This document shows, piece after piece, positions 8,407-18,722 of a stretch of DNA of 64,000 bases. The stretch's first letter is position 1; every line of letters begins with the position of its first letter. The stretch is from the NCBI GenBank assembly GCA_964416155.1, contig CAYQCW010000002.1, forward strand, positions 108,748-172,747. The letters are read 5' to 3'. Under the pieces are notes generated by a model. That model had not been told where the DNA came from. It was given only the letters and a program-made list of their open reading frames with translations, and did no database searches. The position numbers were made by a program, and so were the translations under genes. This DNA comes from an uncultured Nitrososphaerota archaeon (lineage in GTDB: Archaea > Thermoproteota > EX4484-205 > JAAOZP01).

Positions 8407-10242
8407 ATGAGTGTCGAGAAACCGCTGCTGGACTATGTTAATTCGCTCAAGCCGAGGAAGAGCTTTACGGAGTCGGTTACAGCCTTCAAAAGACTGGTTA
8501 AATATCATAAGAAATACTCTTTACTCATAGCCCTAGTTGTAGCACTATCCTTCATAAGAACATACCTGTTCACGCTTGAACCACTCTACACTTCTCTTAT
8601 AATAGACGATGTTGTTATAAGCAGGAAGCATGAGTTGCTTACCGACTATATTACTGCAATCCTGCTTGTCGGAATAGGTTTCGCCGTCGTCAACTTCTTC
8701 ATAAGCTATTTGAACGGTTTGACAGCGCTTTATATAATACGGGATATACGGTCCGAGTACTACGCCTACCTCCAGGCTAAATCCTTCAGCTTCTACGATT
8801 CTGTCGCAGTAGGCGACCTTGTTTCAAGAGCCACGATGGATCTTCAGCCTGCTGAAGCTTTCTTAAGAACATGGGTCGGCACCGTGTTCAATGCGGTTTT
8901 CTCAATAATAGTGTTCTTCTCAGTAATGTACATCATAAGCCCCTCCATGACCCTTATCTCTTTAATACCCGTACCTATAATATTCTACTTTACAACTCGC
9001 CTTTGGGTTGAGACGATGCCGCTTTTCCGAGTGATGCAGCTCATACTTGGGAGACTGAGCGCCTACATTCAGCAGAACATTATTGGGATGAAGACCGTGA
9101 GGATATTCCGGAGAGAGAAGGATGTTGTCGAAGGATTCAAGAAGGCGGAGCAAGTATTCGTAAAAACAGCCATAAACGCTGGAAGAATCCAGTCTATCTA
9201 CATGCCTCTTCCAACCGCGATACTAACCCTTTCAATAGCAATGGTTTACGTTTATGCTACTTATTCGATTTTCAACGCAGGGGCTGCGCTGACTGTTGGG
9301 AGCATAATTCTTTTCGCGAGATACATGACGCGGCTAAGCTTCCCGTTGAGAGAACTCAGCATGCTGCTCGGAACCTGGATTAACGCGTCTGCTGGGCTCG
9401 AGAGGGTCTTCGAAGTCATGGATGCTCCGAAAGGTGTTGAGGACCTGCCTGGCGCTGAAGAAATAACTATAAGGCAGGGCATGGTTGAATTCCGAAACGT
9501 TACTTTCCAGTATGCTAACGGCAAGCCTGTTTTAACGAATATGAGTTTCAAGGTTAATCCAGGGGAGAAAATTGCAATCCTCGGCGCCACAGGCTCGGGG
9601 AAATCCACCCTTGTACACCTTATAATGAGGTTCTACGACCCTACTTCAGGAAGCATACTTATAGATGGGGTAGACATTAAAAAGTTTAGACTGTCTTCTT
9701 TAAGAAGGCAGATAGGTATTGTTCCACAAGATGTTTTCCTATTCTCCGGAACCATCAGGGAAAACATAGCTTTAGGAAAGCCCGACGCCCCTATGGAGGA
9801 GATCGCGAGGGTTGCGGAGCTGGCTAAGATACGCGACTTCATAGAGTCCCTCCCTGATGGTTACGATACTTTCGTCGGCGAGAGGGGGGTTACTCTTTCA
9901 GGAGGCCAGAGGCAGAGGATGACTATCGCGAGAGCGATTCTCACAGACCCTAGGATACTGATAATGGATGATTCGCTCTCCTTCGTGGATTCTAAGACTG
10001 AGCAGGAAATACAGTCTGCAATCAACGAAGCGATGAAGGGTAGAACAACCTTTATAATCGCACAGAGACTTTCAACAATAAGGAACGCCGATAGGATAAT
10101 GATTCTGGATGATGGGAAGATCGTCGAGTTTGGAACACACGAGGAGCTTATGGCTAAGAGCGGCGCCTACAGGAGGATTTACGAGACACAGTTCCTAGGA
10201 AAGAGTTTAGAAATCGTTTCAGAGGAGGTGAGTGAAAAGTAA
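8407..10242 (+). CDS. ABC exporter subunit (TMD+NBD), degenerate-site half of a heterodimer
   Basis: TM domain plus GATGSGKS and LSGGQRQ; non-canonical Walker B IMDDS and switch IAQRL. Confidence 0.9.
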   Translation: MSVEKPLLDYVNSLKPRKSFTESVTAFKRLVKYHKKYSLLIALVVALSFIRTYLFTLEPLYTSLIIDDVVISRKHELLTDYITAILLVGIGFAVVNFFISYLNGLTALYIIRDIRSEYYAYLQAKSFSFYDSVAVGDLVSRATMDLQPAEAFLRTWVGTVFNAVFSIIVFFSVMYIISPSMTLISLIPVPIIFYFTTRLWVETMPLFRVMQLILGRLSAYIQQNIIGMKTVRIFRREKDVVEGFKKAEQVFVKTAINAGRIQSIYMPLPTAILTLSIAMVYVYATYSIFNAGAALTVGSIILFARYMTRLSFPLRELSMLLGTWINASAGLERVFEVMDAPKGVEDLPGAEEITIRQGMVEFRNVTFQYANGKPVLTNMSFKVNPGEKIAILGATGSGKSTLVHLIMRFYDPTSGSILIDGVDIKKFRLSSLRRQIGIVPQDVFLFSGTIRENIALGKPDAPMEEIARVAELAKIRDFIESLPDGYDTFVGERGVTLSGGQRQRMTIARAILTDPRILIMDDSLSFVDSKTEQEIQSAINEAMKGRTTFIIAQRLSTIRNADRIMILDDGKIVEFGTHEELMAKSGAYRRIYETQFLGKSLEIVSEEVSEK

Positions 10243-11300
10243 TGTCAGGGCCTTGGCGTACATTCTCCTCCACTCAGGAGGAGGGTAAGAGAACCGTTCC
10301 GGATAGAATACTGATTAAAAGGCTTTACCAGTATATTAGACCGTTTAGAAAGAACCTTGTCATCGCGATTCTAGCGATATTTTTAACTTCTATAACCGGG
10401 TTGGCTGCGCCATACATGCATAAGGTTGCGATAGACCAGATAATACAGACAGGGGATCTTTCAAACTTCCTCTGGTGGATACCGCTGTTCATCCTCGTTG
10501 TTCTATGCAACTTCTTCTTCCAATACGTGCAGATATTTCAAATGAGGATAATCGGTGAAAATGCTGTTTCATTAATAAGAGATGAAATTATGGAGAAGCT
10601 TCAAGTCATATCTCTAAGATATTTCTCAGAGAGCGAGATAGGCAGAATAATCTCTAGACCCGTAAACGATGCTAACAACCTTAGGATATTCCTTCGCATG
10701 GGTTTCACCAGCATACTTCTCGACACCTCCTCAATACTGGGCACGTTCATAATCATGTTCATGCTGGATTTCGAACTGACCGTCATAGCCCTCTCTTTCA
10801 TCCCTATAGCCATAATCATCATTTGGCGGCTTGGAAAATATTCTAGAAGAGTTTATAGGAAAACCCTTTCAACACTGGCAGGATTAACGGGTAGGATGCA
10901 GGAGGACCTTTCCGGAATAAAAGTGATCCAGGCCTTCGTGCAGGAGGACACGGCGTTAAGAAGGTTTGAGGAAACGCAGGCGGAGAATATTAAGGCAATG
11001 AAGAACGCTTTGAAAATCTCCTCAGCATACCAGCCCGTCGTTATAATGCTGAGAATAATTGGAACCCTTGCTATACTATGGTTCGGAACCCTTTTCATCA
11101 AGAGCGGGGCACTAACCATAGGCACTCTCGTTGCCTTCATAGAATATCAGTTCTCCTATTTCATGCCCCTCGTGGACTTGATAAACGTTGCAGACCAGTA
11201 TAACTCCGCAATGGCTGCTGTCGAAAGGCTTTTCGACCTTATCGATGCTAAGATTGAAGTTACCGAGCCTCCTCCTGAAATAGCTGTTGAGCTGAAATGA
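10242..11300 (+). CDS. ABC exporter second subunit, transmembrane domain (split from its NBD)
   Basis: ABC type 1 TMD; ends PPPEIAVELK at the usual TMD-NBD linker. Confidence 0.8.
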   Translation: MSGPWRTFSSTQEEGKRTVPDRILIKRLYQYIRPFRKNLVIAILAIFLTSITGLAAPYMHKVAIDQIIQTGDLSNFLWWIPLFILVVLCNFFFQYVQIFQMRIIGENAVSLIRDEIMEKLQVISLRYFSESEIGRIISRPVNDANNLRIFLRMGFTSILLDTSSILGTFIIMFMLDFELTVIALSFIPIAIIIIWRLGKYSRRVYRKTLSTLAGLTGRMQEDLSGIKVIQAFVQEDTALRRFEETQAENIKAMKNALKISSAYQPVVIMLRIIGTLAILWFGTLFIKSGALTIGTLVAFIEYQFSYFMPLVDLINVADQYNSAMAAVERLFDLIDAKIEVTEPPPEIAVELK

Positions 11301-12040
11301 TAGAGGAAGTAAGTTTTGAAAACGTGACTTTCGGCTACGATCCGAGCCTCCCGGTTGTGAGAAACATCAGTTTCACGCTTACAAGGGGGAAGAAGCTGGC
11401 CATAGTTGGCCCTACTGGAGCTGGGAAGTCGACGATAATAAACCTGCTTGCCAGGTTTTATGATCCAAATGAGGGAAGAATCCTTGTCAACGGCCATGAT
11501 TTACGCAGGATCCCCATCTCATCTTGGAGAGCTAGGCTGAGCATAGTTCTTCAGGACTCATTTCTTTTCCCGATGAGCGTGAAGGAGAACATAAGGTTCG
11601 GGAAACCGGATGCTTCAGACGAGGATGTTATAGCCGCAGCTAAGGCTATTGGTGCACATGAGTTCATAGTTAAGCTTCCCGACGGATACGACTACACGAT
11701 TCAGGAGGGGTCGTCGAACATCTCTATTGGCCAAAGACAGATGATAAGCTTCGCGAGAACCCTGCTGGCGAATCCTGAGCTGCTCGTACTAGATGAAGCC
11801 ACATCCTCTGTAGACCCCTACACTGAGCTTATCATACAGAGGGCTCTGAGGAAGCTTCTAAAAAGCAGGATGGCGATCATAATAGCACACAGGCTTTCAA
11901 CAATACGGCTCTGCGATGAAATAATAGTGATTAATAATGGTGTTATCGTTGAAAAAGGGGCGCATGAGGAGCTTATGCGGAAAGGCGGTTTATACAGCTC
12001 TTTCTACAGGCTTCAGTTCATAGAGGAAAAAGGCGTTTAA
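11297..12040 (+). CDS. ABC exporter second subunit, nucleotide-binding domain
   Basis: GPTGAGKS, ISIGQRQ signature, LDEATS, IAHRL; ATGA overlap with the upstream ORF, possibly a frameshift. Confidence 0.82.
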   Translation: MIEEVSFENVTFGYDPSLPVVRNISFTLTRGKKLAIVGPTGAGKSTIINLLARFYDPNEGRILVNGHDLRRIPISSWRARLSIVLQDSFLFPMSVKENIRFGKPDASDEDVIAAAKAIGAHEFIVKLPDGYDYTIQEGSSNISIGQRQMISFARTLLANPELLVLDEATSSVDPYTELIIQRALRKLLKSRMAIIIAHRLSTIRLCDEIIVINNGVIVEKGAHEELMRKGGLYSSFYRLQFIEEKGV

Positions 12041-12108
12041 GCCAACTCAGTGCAGGATTAAAAAAATTTAAAAGGCGTTTTTTAAAGTCGTTCTACCGGG
12101 GAGGCGGC

Positions 12109-13476
12109 TTGGCCAGAGTTAGGGAGGTTTCCGAGTCTCTACGCGAATGGGAGAGGATTGCAGCGCATTCGCACATAACTGGATTAGGCTTAGAAGGCTT
12201 GAAGGCTAAGCCTGTTGGAGGCGGCATGGTCGGCCAGATTGAAGCAAGGGAGGCGGCAGGCCTCGTAGTAAGGCTGATAAAAAGCGGCAAGTTTGCAGGC
12301 AGAGCAGTCCTGCTCGCAGGCCCGCCTGGAACAGGAAAGACAGCGATAGCTACGGCAATAGCTAGAGAACTCGGCAGAGACGTCCCCTTCGTTCCGCTCG
12401 CCGCAAGCGAAATATTCTCCACAGATATTAAGAAAACCGAGTTTCTGATGCAGACTCTTAGGAAGGCGATTGGCGCGAGGATACATGAGGTCAGGAAGAT
12501 TTACGAGGGTGAGGTTAAGGAGGTTTCGATAGAAAAGGCTCCACACCCGTATAATCCTTATCAGCAGATGCCTGCAGGAGCCACGATAAAAATCGCCACC
12601 ACTGAGGAGTCTAAAAGGCTTACGATGGACCAGAGCTTCGCAATCCAGTTGATCCAGCAGGGTATTGAGACAGGAGACATTGTTCAAATAGATCCTGAAG
12701 GGGGGAGAATAGTCAAGCTCGGCAGGAGTAGGAAGAGCGTAGAGGAGAAGAAGGTTGACCTTTCCACCGTCCAGGTAATGGATGTTCCTAATGGAAACGT
12801 GCTTAAGGAGAAGGAGTTCGTCTACCCTGTTACGCTGCACGCTCTAGACATGGCTGCGACGCGACGGGGTGGAGACATTTTCAGCATATTCTTCGGAGGC
12901 AGGGAATCCAAGGAGATAGAGCCTGAAACCCGTAGGGAGGTTGACGACTACATAAAGACGCTTGTTCAAGAGGGCAGGTGTGAACTATTGCCTGGAGTGG
13001 TTTTCGTAGACGAGTGTAGCATGCTCGACATAGAGACATTCGCGTTTCTAAACAGGGCGCTGGAGCAGGACCTAGCCCCTATAATAATAGTCGCGACAAA
13101 CAGAGGATTCGCACTCGTTAGGGGCACAGATATTAGGTCTCCCCATGGAATGCCCCTAGACCTTCTCGACAGGCTTCTAATAATCAACACTAAACCGTAT
13201 AGCAGAGAAGAAATAAGGAAGATACTTGAGATAAGGTCCGAGGCTGAGAAAATCCCGATAAGTAACGAGGCGCTCGAATACCTTACGGAGATAGGGGTTA
13301 ACACGAGCCTAAGGTATGCGGTTCAGCTGATGGCTCCAGCATTCGAGCTGGCTAGAGAGAGAAAGGCCAGCAGAATAGAAAAAGAACATGTAAGTTATGT
13401 GGAGAAACTGTTCGTCGACGTGAAGAAATCAGTTGAATATTTGAGAGAATATGAAAAACAGTTCCTAGATCTCTGA
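12109..13476 (+). CDS. TIP49/RuvBL-like AAA+ ATPase (TBP-interacting protein)
   Basis: IAAHSHITGLGL, GPPGTGKT, PGVVFVDE, ATNRG, SPHGMPLDLLDR. Confidence 0.95.
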   Translation: MARVREVSESLREWERIAAHSHITGLGLEGLKAKPVGGGMVGQIEAREAAGLVVRLIKSGKFAGRAVLLAGPPGTGKTAIATAIARELGRDVPFVPLAASEIFSTDIKKTEFLMQTLRKAIGARIHEVRKIYEGEVKEVSIEKAPHPYNPYQQMPAGATIKIATTEESKRLTMDQSFAIQLIQQGIETGDIVQIDPEGGRIVKLGRSRKSVEEKKVDLSTVQVMDVPNGNVLKEKEFVYPVTLHALDMAATRRGGDIFSIFFGGRESKEIEPETRREVDDYIKTLVQEGRCELLPGVVFVDECSMLDIETFAFLNRALEQDLAPIIIVATNRGFALVRGTDIRSPHGMPLDLLDRLLIINTKPYSREEIRKILEIRSEAEKIPISNEALEYLTEIGVNTSLRYAVQLMAPAFELARERKASRIEKEHVSYVEKLFVDVKKSVEYLREYEKQFLDL

Positions 13477-13504
13477 GATAAACGTTTAAGATGCTGCTTT
13501 CAAA

Positions 13505-13981
13505 ATGTTCCTCATGTGGATAGTGGGCGAGAAGGTTGCAGCATCACCGATTGCGGCAAGCCCGGGAGACGTTGACTATTGGTTGGAATCCGGTGTTAAG
13601 GCTGTTGCAATACTAGCCGAGCCTCACGAGATAGCCAGATACTGGGGGGATTCGGAGAATTATTTCAAGTTTCTTAAGGATAAGGGTTTTGAAATCCTAC
13701 ATAGCCCGATTAAGGATTTCCATGCTCCAACCTTAAGCCAGCTTGAGGAACTGGTTGAATGGATGGAGGCTAAGGTTAAGGCTGGCAAGCCAGTTCTAGT
13801 ACACTGTCACGCTGGCATAGGCAGGACCGGCATGGTGGTGGCAGCATATCTTATCAGGAAAGGCTTCAGCCTTGAGCAGGCGGTGAGAGAAGTAAGGGGA
13901 AAGATTCCTCTAGCCCTAGAGGTTGACGCACAGTTATCGCTGGTCTACGAGTATTACGAGAAGAGGGGAACAGCCGGTTAA
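13505..13981 (+). CDS. Dual-specificity/tyrosine protein phosphatase
   Basis: HCHAGIGRTG (HCX5R) motif and PIKDFHAP acid loop. Confidence 0.9.
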   Translation: MFLMWIVGEKVAASPIAASPGDVDYWLESGVKAVAILAEPHEIARYWGDSENYFKFLKDKGFEILHSPIKDFHAPTLSQLEELVEWMEAKVKAGKPVLVHCHAGIGRTGMVVAAYLIRKGFSLEQAVREVRGKIPLALEVDAQLSLVYEYYEKRGTAG

Positions 13982-15261
13982 CGGTTCAGGCTGTTTTTTT
14001 CAGTAAACTCTTTGACGAGTTCTTGAGCCCTGTCGAACCGTATCTTTCTCTCTCTAACCATTTGCTCCGCGACTCTATCTATCAGATCTCCTGTTGCCCC
14101 GGCTTGAATAGCAATGTTCCGTGCATGAAGCCGCATATGGCCCGCCTGAATCCCCTCAAGGGCTAGTGCTCTAAGTGCAGCGAGGTTTTGGGCCAGCCCC
14201 ACGGCACCTATTACTCTTGCTAGTTCAACAGCAGTCTTAACTCCGAGTATTTTCACAGCTATCTTAGCCACGGGATGCGTCTTAGTCGCCCCGCCAACTA
14301 AGCCTACTGCCATAGGCATCTCTAATGTTCCAACCAAGTCACCGTTCTCATCTTTCTCCCAGGCGCTCAGAGGGAGATACCTTCCTGTCCTCGAAGCATA
14401 AGCATGGGCTCCTGCTTCTATAGCCCTGTGGTCCTGCCCAGTAGCCAGAGCAACCGCGATGACACCGTTCATTATCCCCTTATTATGGGTTGCACTTCTA
14501 TAGGGGTCGCTTGCTGCGAAAGCCCATGCTTTTACTATTGCGTCGACAGCCTCCTCCCCGCCGACCTCCTCTTTAGCTACCGTTGTCCTAGCCCTCACGA
14601 GCCTTTTATCAGCAAGGTTTGATACTATCCTCAAGTATACTTTTCCCCCGGTGATCCTTTCGATCAGCGGCGCTACAGCCTCGCACATCGTGTTGACAGC
14701 ATTAGCCCCCATTGCATCCCTCACGTCTACGAGAAGATGAGTTATCACCATTGGGCCAACAGGACTATCCACCACTTTAACCTCCACATCCTTAGCGCCT
14801 CCTCCAAACTTTACGAGAACAGGATCCTGTTCGTTCGCCAGCTTCAATATCTCATCCCTGTGTTCAAGAATCTTCATTTTAGCCGCGAAGGGACTGGTCA
14901 CTCCAGTCAGTTGCACCTGCCCTATCATGATAGGATCCGTGGCGCCCGTGAATATTCCGCCTTTAGCCCTAGTCATTTTAGCAGCATTGCTGGCCGCCGC
15001 GACAACCGAGGTTTCCTCGATAACCATGGGGACGATATACTCTTTTCCATCTATGAGGAAGTTGAGCGCAACCGAGAAAGGGTAAGCCATTGTCCCAATC
15101 ACGTTTTCAACCATTCTATCAGCAATCTCCAAGCTTAGGTTACCCTCCTTCGAGAGGAGTTTAGCCTCCTCCTCGGTCAGCCCGGTGTACTCAACTATCC
15201 TGCTCAGCCTTTCCGCCACGCTTAAATTGTAGAAACCCGGTATTCTGGATGTTCTCATCAT
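13978..15261 (-). CDS. mvaA: Hydroxymethylglutaryl-CoA reductase, class II
   Basis: ENVIG, EETSVVAAAS, DAMGANAVN, HNKGIMNG, GHMRLH; GGGTGA RBS upstream of ATG 15261. Confidence 0.93.
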   Translation of the reverse strand: MMRTSRIPGFYNLSVAERLSRIVEYTGLTEEEAKLLSKEGNLSLEIADRMVENVIGTMAYPFSVALNFLIDGKEYIVPMVIEETSVVAAASNAAKMTRAKGGIFTGATDPIMIGQVQLTGVTSPFAAKMKILEHRDEILKLANEQDPVLVKFGGGAKDVEVKVVDSPVGPMVITHLLVDVRDAMGANAVNTMCEAVAPLIERITGGKVYLRIVSNLADKRLVRARTTVAKEEVGGEEAVDAIVKAWAFAASDPYRSATHNKGIMNGVIAVALATGQDHRAIEAGAHAYASRTGRYLPLSAWEKDENGDLVGTLEMPMAVGLVGGATKTHPVAKIAVKILGVKTAVELARVIGAVGLAQNLAALRALALEGIQAGHMRLHARNIAIQAGATGDLIDRVAEQMVRERKIRFDRAQELVKEFTEKNSLNR

Positions 15262-15376
15262 CGTTTTCACCCTCATGGGCACTGTTAAAAACGTTTTTTA
15301 AACGTAAGCGGGGCTTCGACTCAAGCCTTAAAACAGGATAAACGCTTAAAAGACCACCGCACGCTGCTTATGCGGC

Positions 15377-15691
15377 TTGGAAAGCAGAAGTTTCAGAAAG
15401 TTTTTAGAGGAAAAGTCCGCCAACATTAAGGTTGAGAGGCAGGGGCAGAGGATTTCATGGGATGAAGAAATTAAGAGAGACAAGTATTCTTTCACAGGGT
15501 TCTTGGAATTCGCCTATTCGAACAAGACGTCTGGAGACTATATATATCTGGATAGGAGTACTGCTTTCGACATCCTCGACAGAATGAACTGGATGGAGAG
15601 GAAGATTAAAATCCTCAGCATGAGGCTTAGAATACTGTTTTTGCTCCTGATGGTTTCCATGATAGCGGCTGCATGGGGATGGTTATCATGA
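15377..15691 (+). CDS. Small protein with C-terminal transmembrane anchor
   Basis: 104 aa with C-terminal hydrophobic LRILFLLLMVSMIAAAWGWLS; ATGA overlap with the MoxR gene. Confidence 0.6.
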   Translation: MESRSFRKFLEEKSANIKVERQGQRISWDEEIKRDKYSFTGFLEFAYSNKTSGDYIYLDRSTAFDILDRMNWMERKIKILSMRLRILFLLLMVSMIAAAWGWLS

Positions 15692-16893
15692 GCAGCAAGA
15701 GGCCTCTCGTGGAAAGGCTCAGAGAGGAATTGGCTAAAAGGTTCATCGGTAATGAGGAGGTAATCTCAATACTTATGCTGAACCTGCTTCACCGGAAATC
15801 CACGACGCTGATAAGAGCGCCCAGGGGGATAGGCAAGTCCACACTAATGCTGCTTGTTTTGAAAGGCCTCTTCGGAGACGAGTTTGTCGTCATTTCAGGA
15901 GCCTCCGAGGTGAAGAGGGGGGAGGTTGTTGGAAGACTCCATATTCCTTCGCTTGAGAAGAAGGGCAGGGAGAAAGTCCTGTGGGCGAAGTTCGTACAGG
16001 CTCATGGCAAGGGGATAGATGAGGTGAACAGGCTCAACCCCTACACTACTGCGAACATTCACCACTTGATGCAGTTTGGAGAAGTATGGGCTTACGGACA
16101 GAAGTATACTGTTGAAGACTATACTCTCATAGCCAACGAGAACCCGGGTGACGTGACGACTTTCATACAGCCCCCGCCGTTCTACGACCGGTTTGACATA
16201 GCTCTTTATCTGAGTTCGCTTACTGTGAGCCAAAAATTTGCTCTCCAAGAGTTGAATAATGATTACGGCTATGATTTGATAAAATCAATGCCTCGCGTCA
16301 TGGAGCTGGGAGACCTGATGGAGATAAGGAGGGAGGTTGAGGAAACCGAGGTTGAACCCGGGTTAATCGGCTTCATAAACACGCTCGTCAGAGACTTTCA
16401 AGTATGCGTTAGGGGTAAGGAGCATAGCAGCGTCCCCCTGCCAGTCCTGTGCGAGGGCTGCCATTTCACAAGGTTTGTCTGCAGCAGGATTAAGGAGCCG
16501 CCGAGTGAGAGAGCAACCCTCATCCTGCTTCAACTCGCCAGGGCAAAGAAATGGCTCGAGGGAAAGGTTGAGGAGAAGGATGTGGTTGAGACGGCTAAAT
16601 GGGTTCTCATACATAGGATGGGCTTCTTAAACCCTGAGAAACCCATGAAGGAAATCAGCGAGCTGCTTGAAAGGGAGAAAGAGAGAATGTTTGAACGCGA
16701 ATCCAGGAAACAATGGTTCATCCTAAACGAGCTTTACAATAGTTTCAGCCCAGGCCTATATAGGACTGCTAAAGAAATAGCTGCAGAGGACAATGTTTTC
16801 GCCGAGGAGCTGTTCTCTCTCGAGGAGAAATGGGTTAGGGAAGGCAAGATTAGCCGGGAGGAAACCTTGAAGGTAGGCCTCGGGCTCGAATAG
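15688..16893 (+). CDS. MoxR-like AAA+ ATPase
   Basis: RAPRGIGKST Walker A, GIDEVNR Walker B, ANENP sensor, YDRF arginine finger, Cys-rich lid insert. Confidence 0.8.
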   Translation: MSSKRPLVERLREELAKRFIGNEEVISILMLNLLHRKSTTLIRAPRGIGKSTLMLLVLKGLFGDEFVVISGASEVKRGEVVGRLHIPSLEKKGREKVLWAKFVQAHGKGIDEVNRLNPYTTANIHHLMQFGEVWAYGQKYTVEDYTLIANENPGDVTTFIQPPPFYDRFDIALYLSSLTVSQKFALQELNNDYGYDLIKSMPRVMELGDLMEIRREVEETEVEPGLIGFINTLVRDFQVCVRGKEHSSVPLPVLCEGCHFTRFVCSRIKEPPSERATLILLQLARAKKWLEGKVEEKDVVETAKWVLIHRMGFLNPEKPMKEISELLEREKERMFERESRKQWFILNELYNSFSPGLYRTAKEIAAEDNVFAEELFSLEEKWVREGKISREETLKVGLGLE

Positions 16894-16895
16894 GA

Positions 16896-18602
16896 ATGGA
16901 TGAGGAGGAAGTAAGAAGGATTTTCGCGCAGGTTAGGAGTGAACTCTATTTCCCTCCATGCGAATTGGAGGTGAAGCATGATGGTAAAAGCGAAACACCC
17001 TTTTTCGTGGCGGATTCAAAAATACATATTTCTCCGGAGGCGGTTCCAAAGAAGGTTGACGATGAGAAATATCTTAGGTCAGTCATTAGACACGAGATTG
17101 CTCATCTTCACTACTGCCCGTATGACATAAGAACGGCTTACGAGCTGGTGAAGGAGGCTTATGGTGTATGCAAGGACTGGAACACTGCGTATTTCTCAGT
17201 CTTGCTATTCGCAGACTTGAATATTGACTGCTTCTATCTTTTAAGCAGGTTCGGCGAAATACCCTATCACGTCGACCAGTTTCTCAATACCAAGCAGAGG
17301 GGAGTTGGCAGATATATTCAGGCAGCCTACAGGCATATCTTGAGAAAGGGCCGTGGAGAATACGATTATAATGTTGAAAACGTGGCTAGGCAAATCAGCA
17401 TGGTTATGAAGTCTGAAAGAAACTGGTTTAATAAATTAAGGCTGGTGGCGCTGATCCTGTCTTTAAACAAGGTTAAGGCTGAAATACCTAAGCACCTTGC
17501 TGGCCCGGGCACGAGCATCCCCCTGAGGGAAGACTTAAGCAGGAACAGTGTTGAAAAAATTAACGAGGTGCTTGGAGGAATAAAAAACAGCGAAGAAGCA
17601 AGAAAGTTTTACGAGTACTGGGTTAAATCAAGGCTGAAGAATTCTGAGCTTGAGGAAATCAAGAAAACGATCAAAAAAGGCGGTAGGGCAGCAGGGGATA
17701 GAAAGAGCAGGAAGGAAGCCGGGAGAATACGCCACGCTAAGCCTGAGAGCGGGCAGGAACCCAAGTTGCCTACGAGCGTAAGCAAGCCTTACACTGGGTT
17801 AACTAATGAGATGATTGAAGAGCTCTTCTGGAAAGTGTACTGGTATAGGGCTAGGGCTAGGAGGACAATGCTCATATATCTTGAGGAGGGTAGAAGACCT
17901 GAGCCGAATCTAGCAATATCCAGCTACCCCATGGATTGGAGCATTGAGGACGAGATTGAAGACCTTGATGTGGAGGCCAGTCTTGACGAGGGAAGGCTGC
18001 GGATTGAGATAAACACGGTGAAATGGCAGAGCGAGGTTAAGGGAAAGGGGAGTAACATGACGATAAGCAATGTTCCGTCAAGCCTAATAGTTTTAGACGC
18101 TAGTAGAAGCATGCAGGACGTTATTGACAATGCTGCAACCTCAGCCTTCATCAACCTGCTTTCCGTAGAGAGGATAGGAGGAAAAACTGCTTCAGTAGCT
18201 TTTTCGACAGACTATTACTCTGTCGACTGGCAGGGCTCAACACTTGAGAAGGAATTGTCCTTAGCACTCTACTTTGGTGGCATGACGATACTTCCTCTAA
18301 ATGAAATCATGAGGCTCGTCTCCGAGAGCGGGAACAGGGTTTTAATAAACATCATAACGGATTGCGGTTGGCAGAACATTGAAGAGGCGCTTCCCTTCCT
18401 GGAGCAGGTTGTTAAAAAGGGCCATAGGGTTAAAATATTCCACCTGCACGGAGGAAAATATCCGGAGAACGTGAAGATGGTGAGCAGGGTCGGCGGAATA
18501 AAGATTATTCCGGTTAAGGATCCTGAGACCGACCTGCAATACCTGGTTACTAAAGAAACCAGTGAAGACTATGGGGACTCGGTGCTGGTTTTCAAAGCCT
18601 AG
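16896..18602 (+). CDS. HEXXH metallopeptidase-like + VWA domain protein
   Basis: VIRHEIAH near the N-terminus; LIVLDASRSM (DxSxS MIDAS), GGMT and IITDCG near the C-terminus. Confidence 0.75.
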   Translation: MDEEEVRRIFAQVRSELYFPPCELEVKHDGKSETPFFVADSKIHISPEAVPKKVDDEKYLRSVIRHEIAHLHYCPYDIRTAYELVKEAYGVCKDWNTAYFSVLLFADLNIDCFYLLSRFGEIPYHVDQFLNTKQRGVGRYIQAAYRHILRKGRGEYDYNVENVARQISMVMKSERNWFNKLRLVALILSLNKVKAEIPKHLAGPGTSIPLREDLSRNSVEKINEVLGGIKNSEEARKFYEYWVKSRLKNSELEEIKKTIKKGGRAAGDRKSRKEAGRIRHAKPESGQEPKLPTSVSKPYTGLTNEMIEELFWKVYWYRARARRTMLIYLEEGRRPEPNLAISSYPMDWSIEDEIEDLDVEASLDEGRLRIEINTVKWQSEVKGKGSNMTISNVPSSLIVLDASRSMQDVIDNAATSAFINLLSVERIGGKTASVAFSTDYYSVDWQGSTLEKELSLALYFGGMTILPLNEIMRLVSESGNRVLINIITDCGWQNIEEALPFLEQVVKKGHRVKIFHLHGGKYPENVKMVSRVGGIKIIPVKDPETDLQYLVTKETSEDYGDSVLVFKA

Positions 18603-18722
18603 TTTAAAGGTCTTCAGTAACAGCCTCCAGCAGCGTTAAGCAAGTGTTCGGATTTCTGGACACACTGTTCGCAACAATACTGTTAAAAATAGCTTCGGGC
18701 AATAACAGGACAGGGTTCGAGA

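Noticed and set aside
15310-15330. GGCTTCGACTCAAGCC hairpin resembling a tRNA T-arm
   Set aside because: No acceptor, D or anticodon stems can be built around it; it lies in a short divergent promoter.
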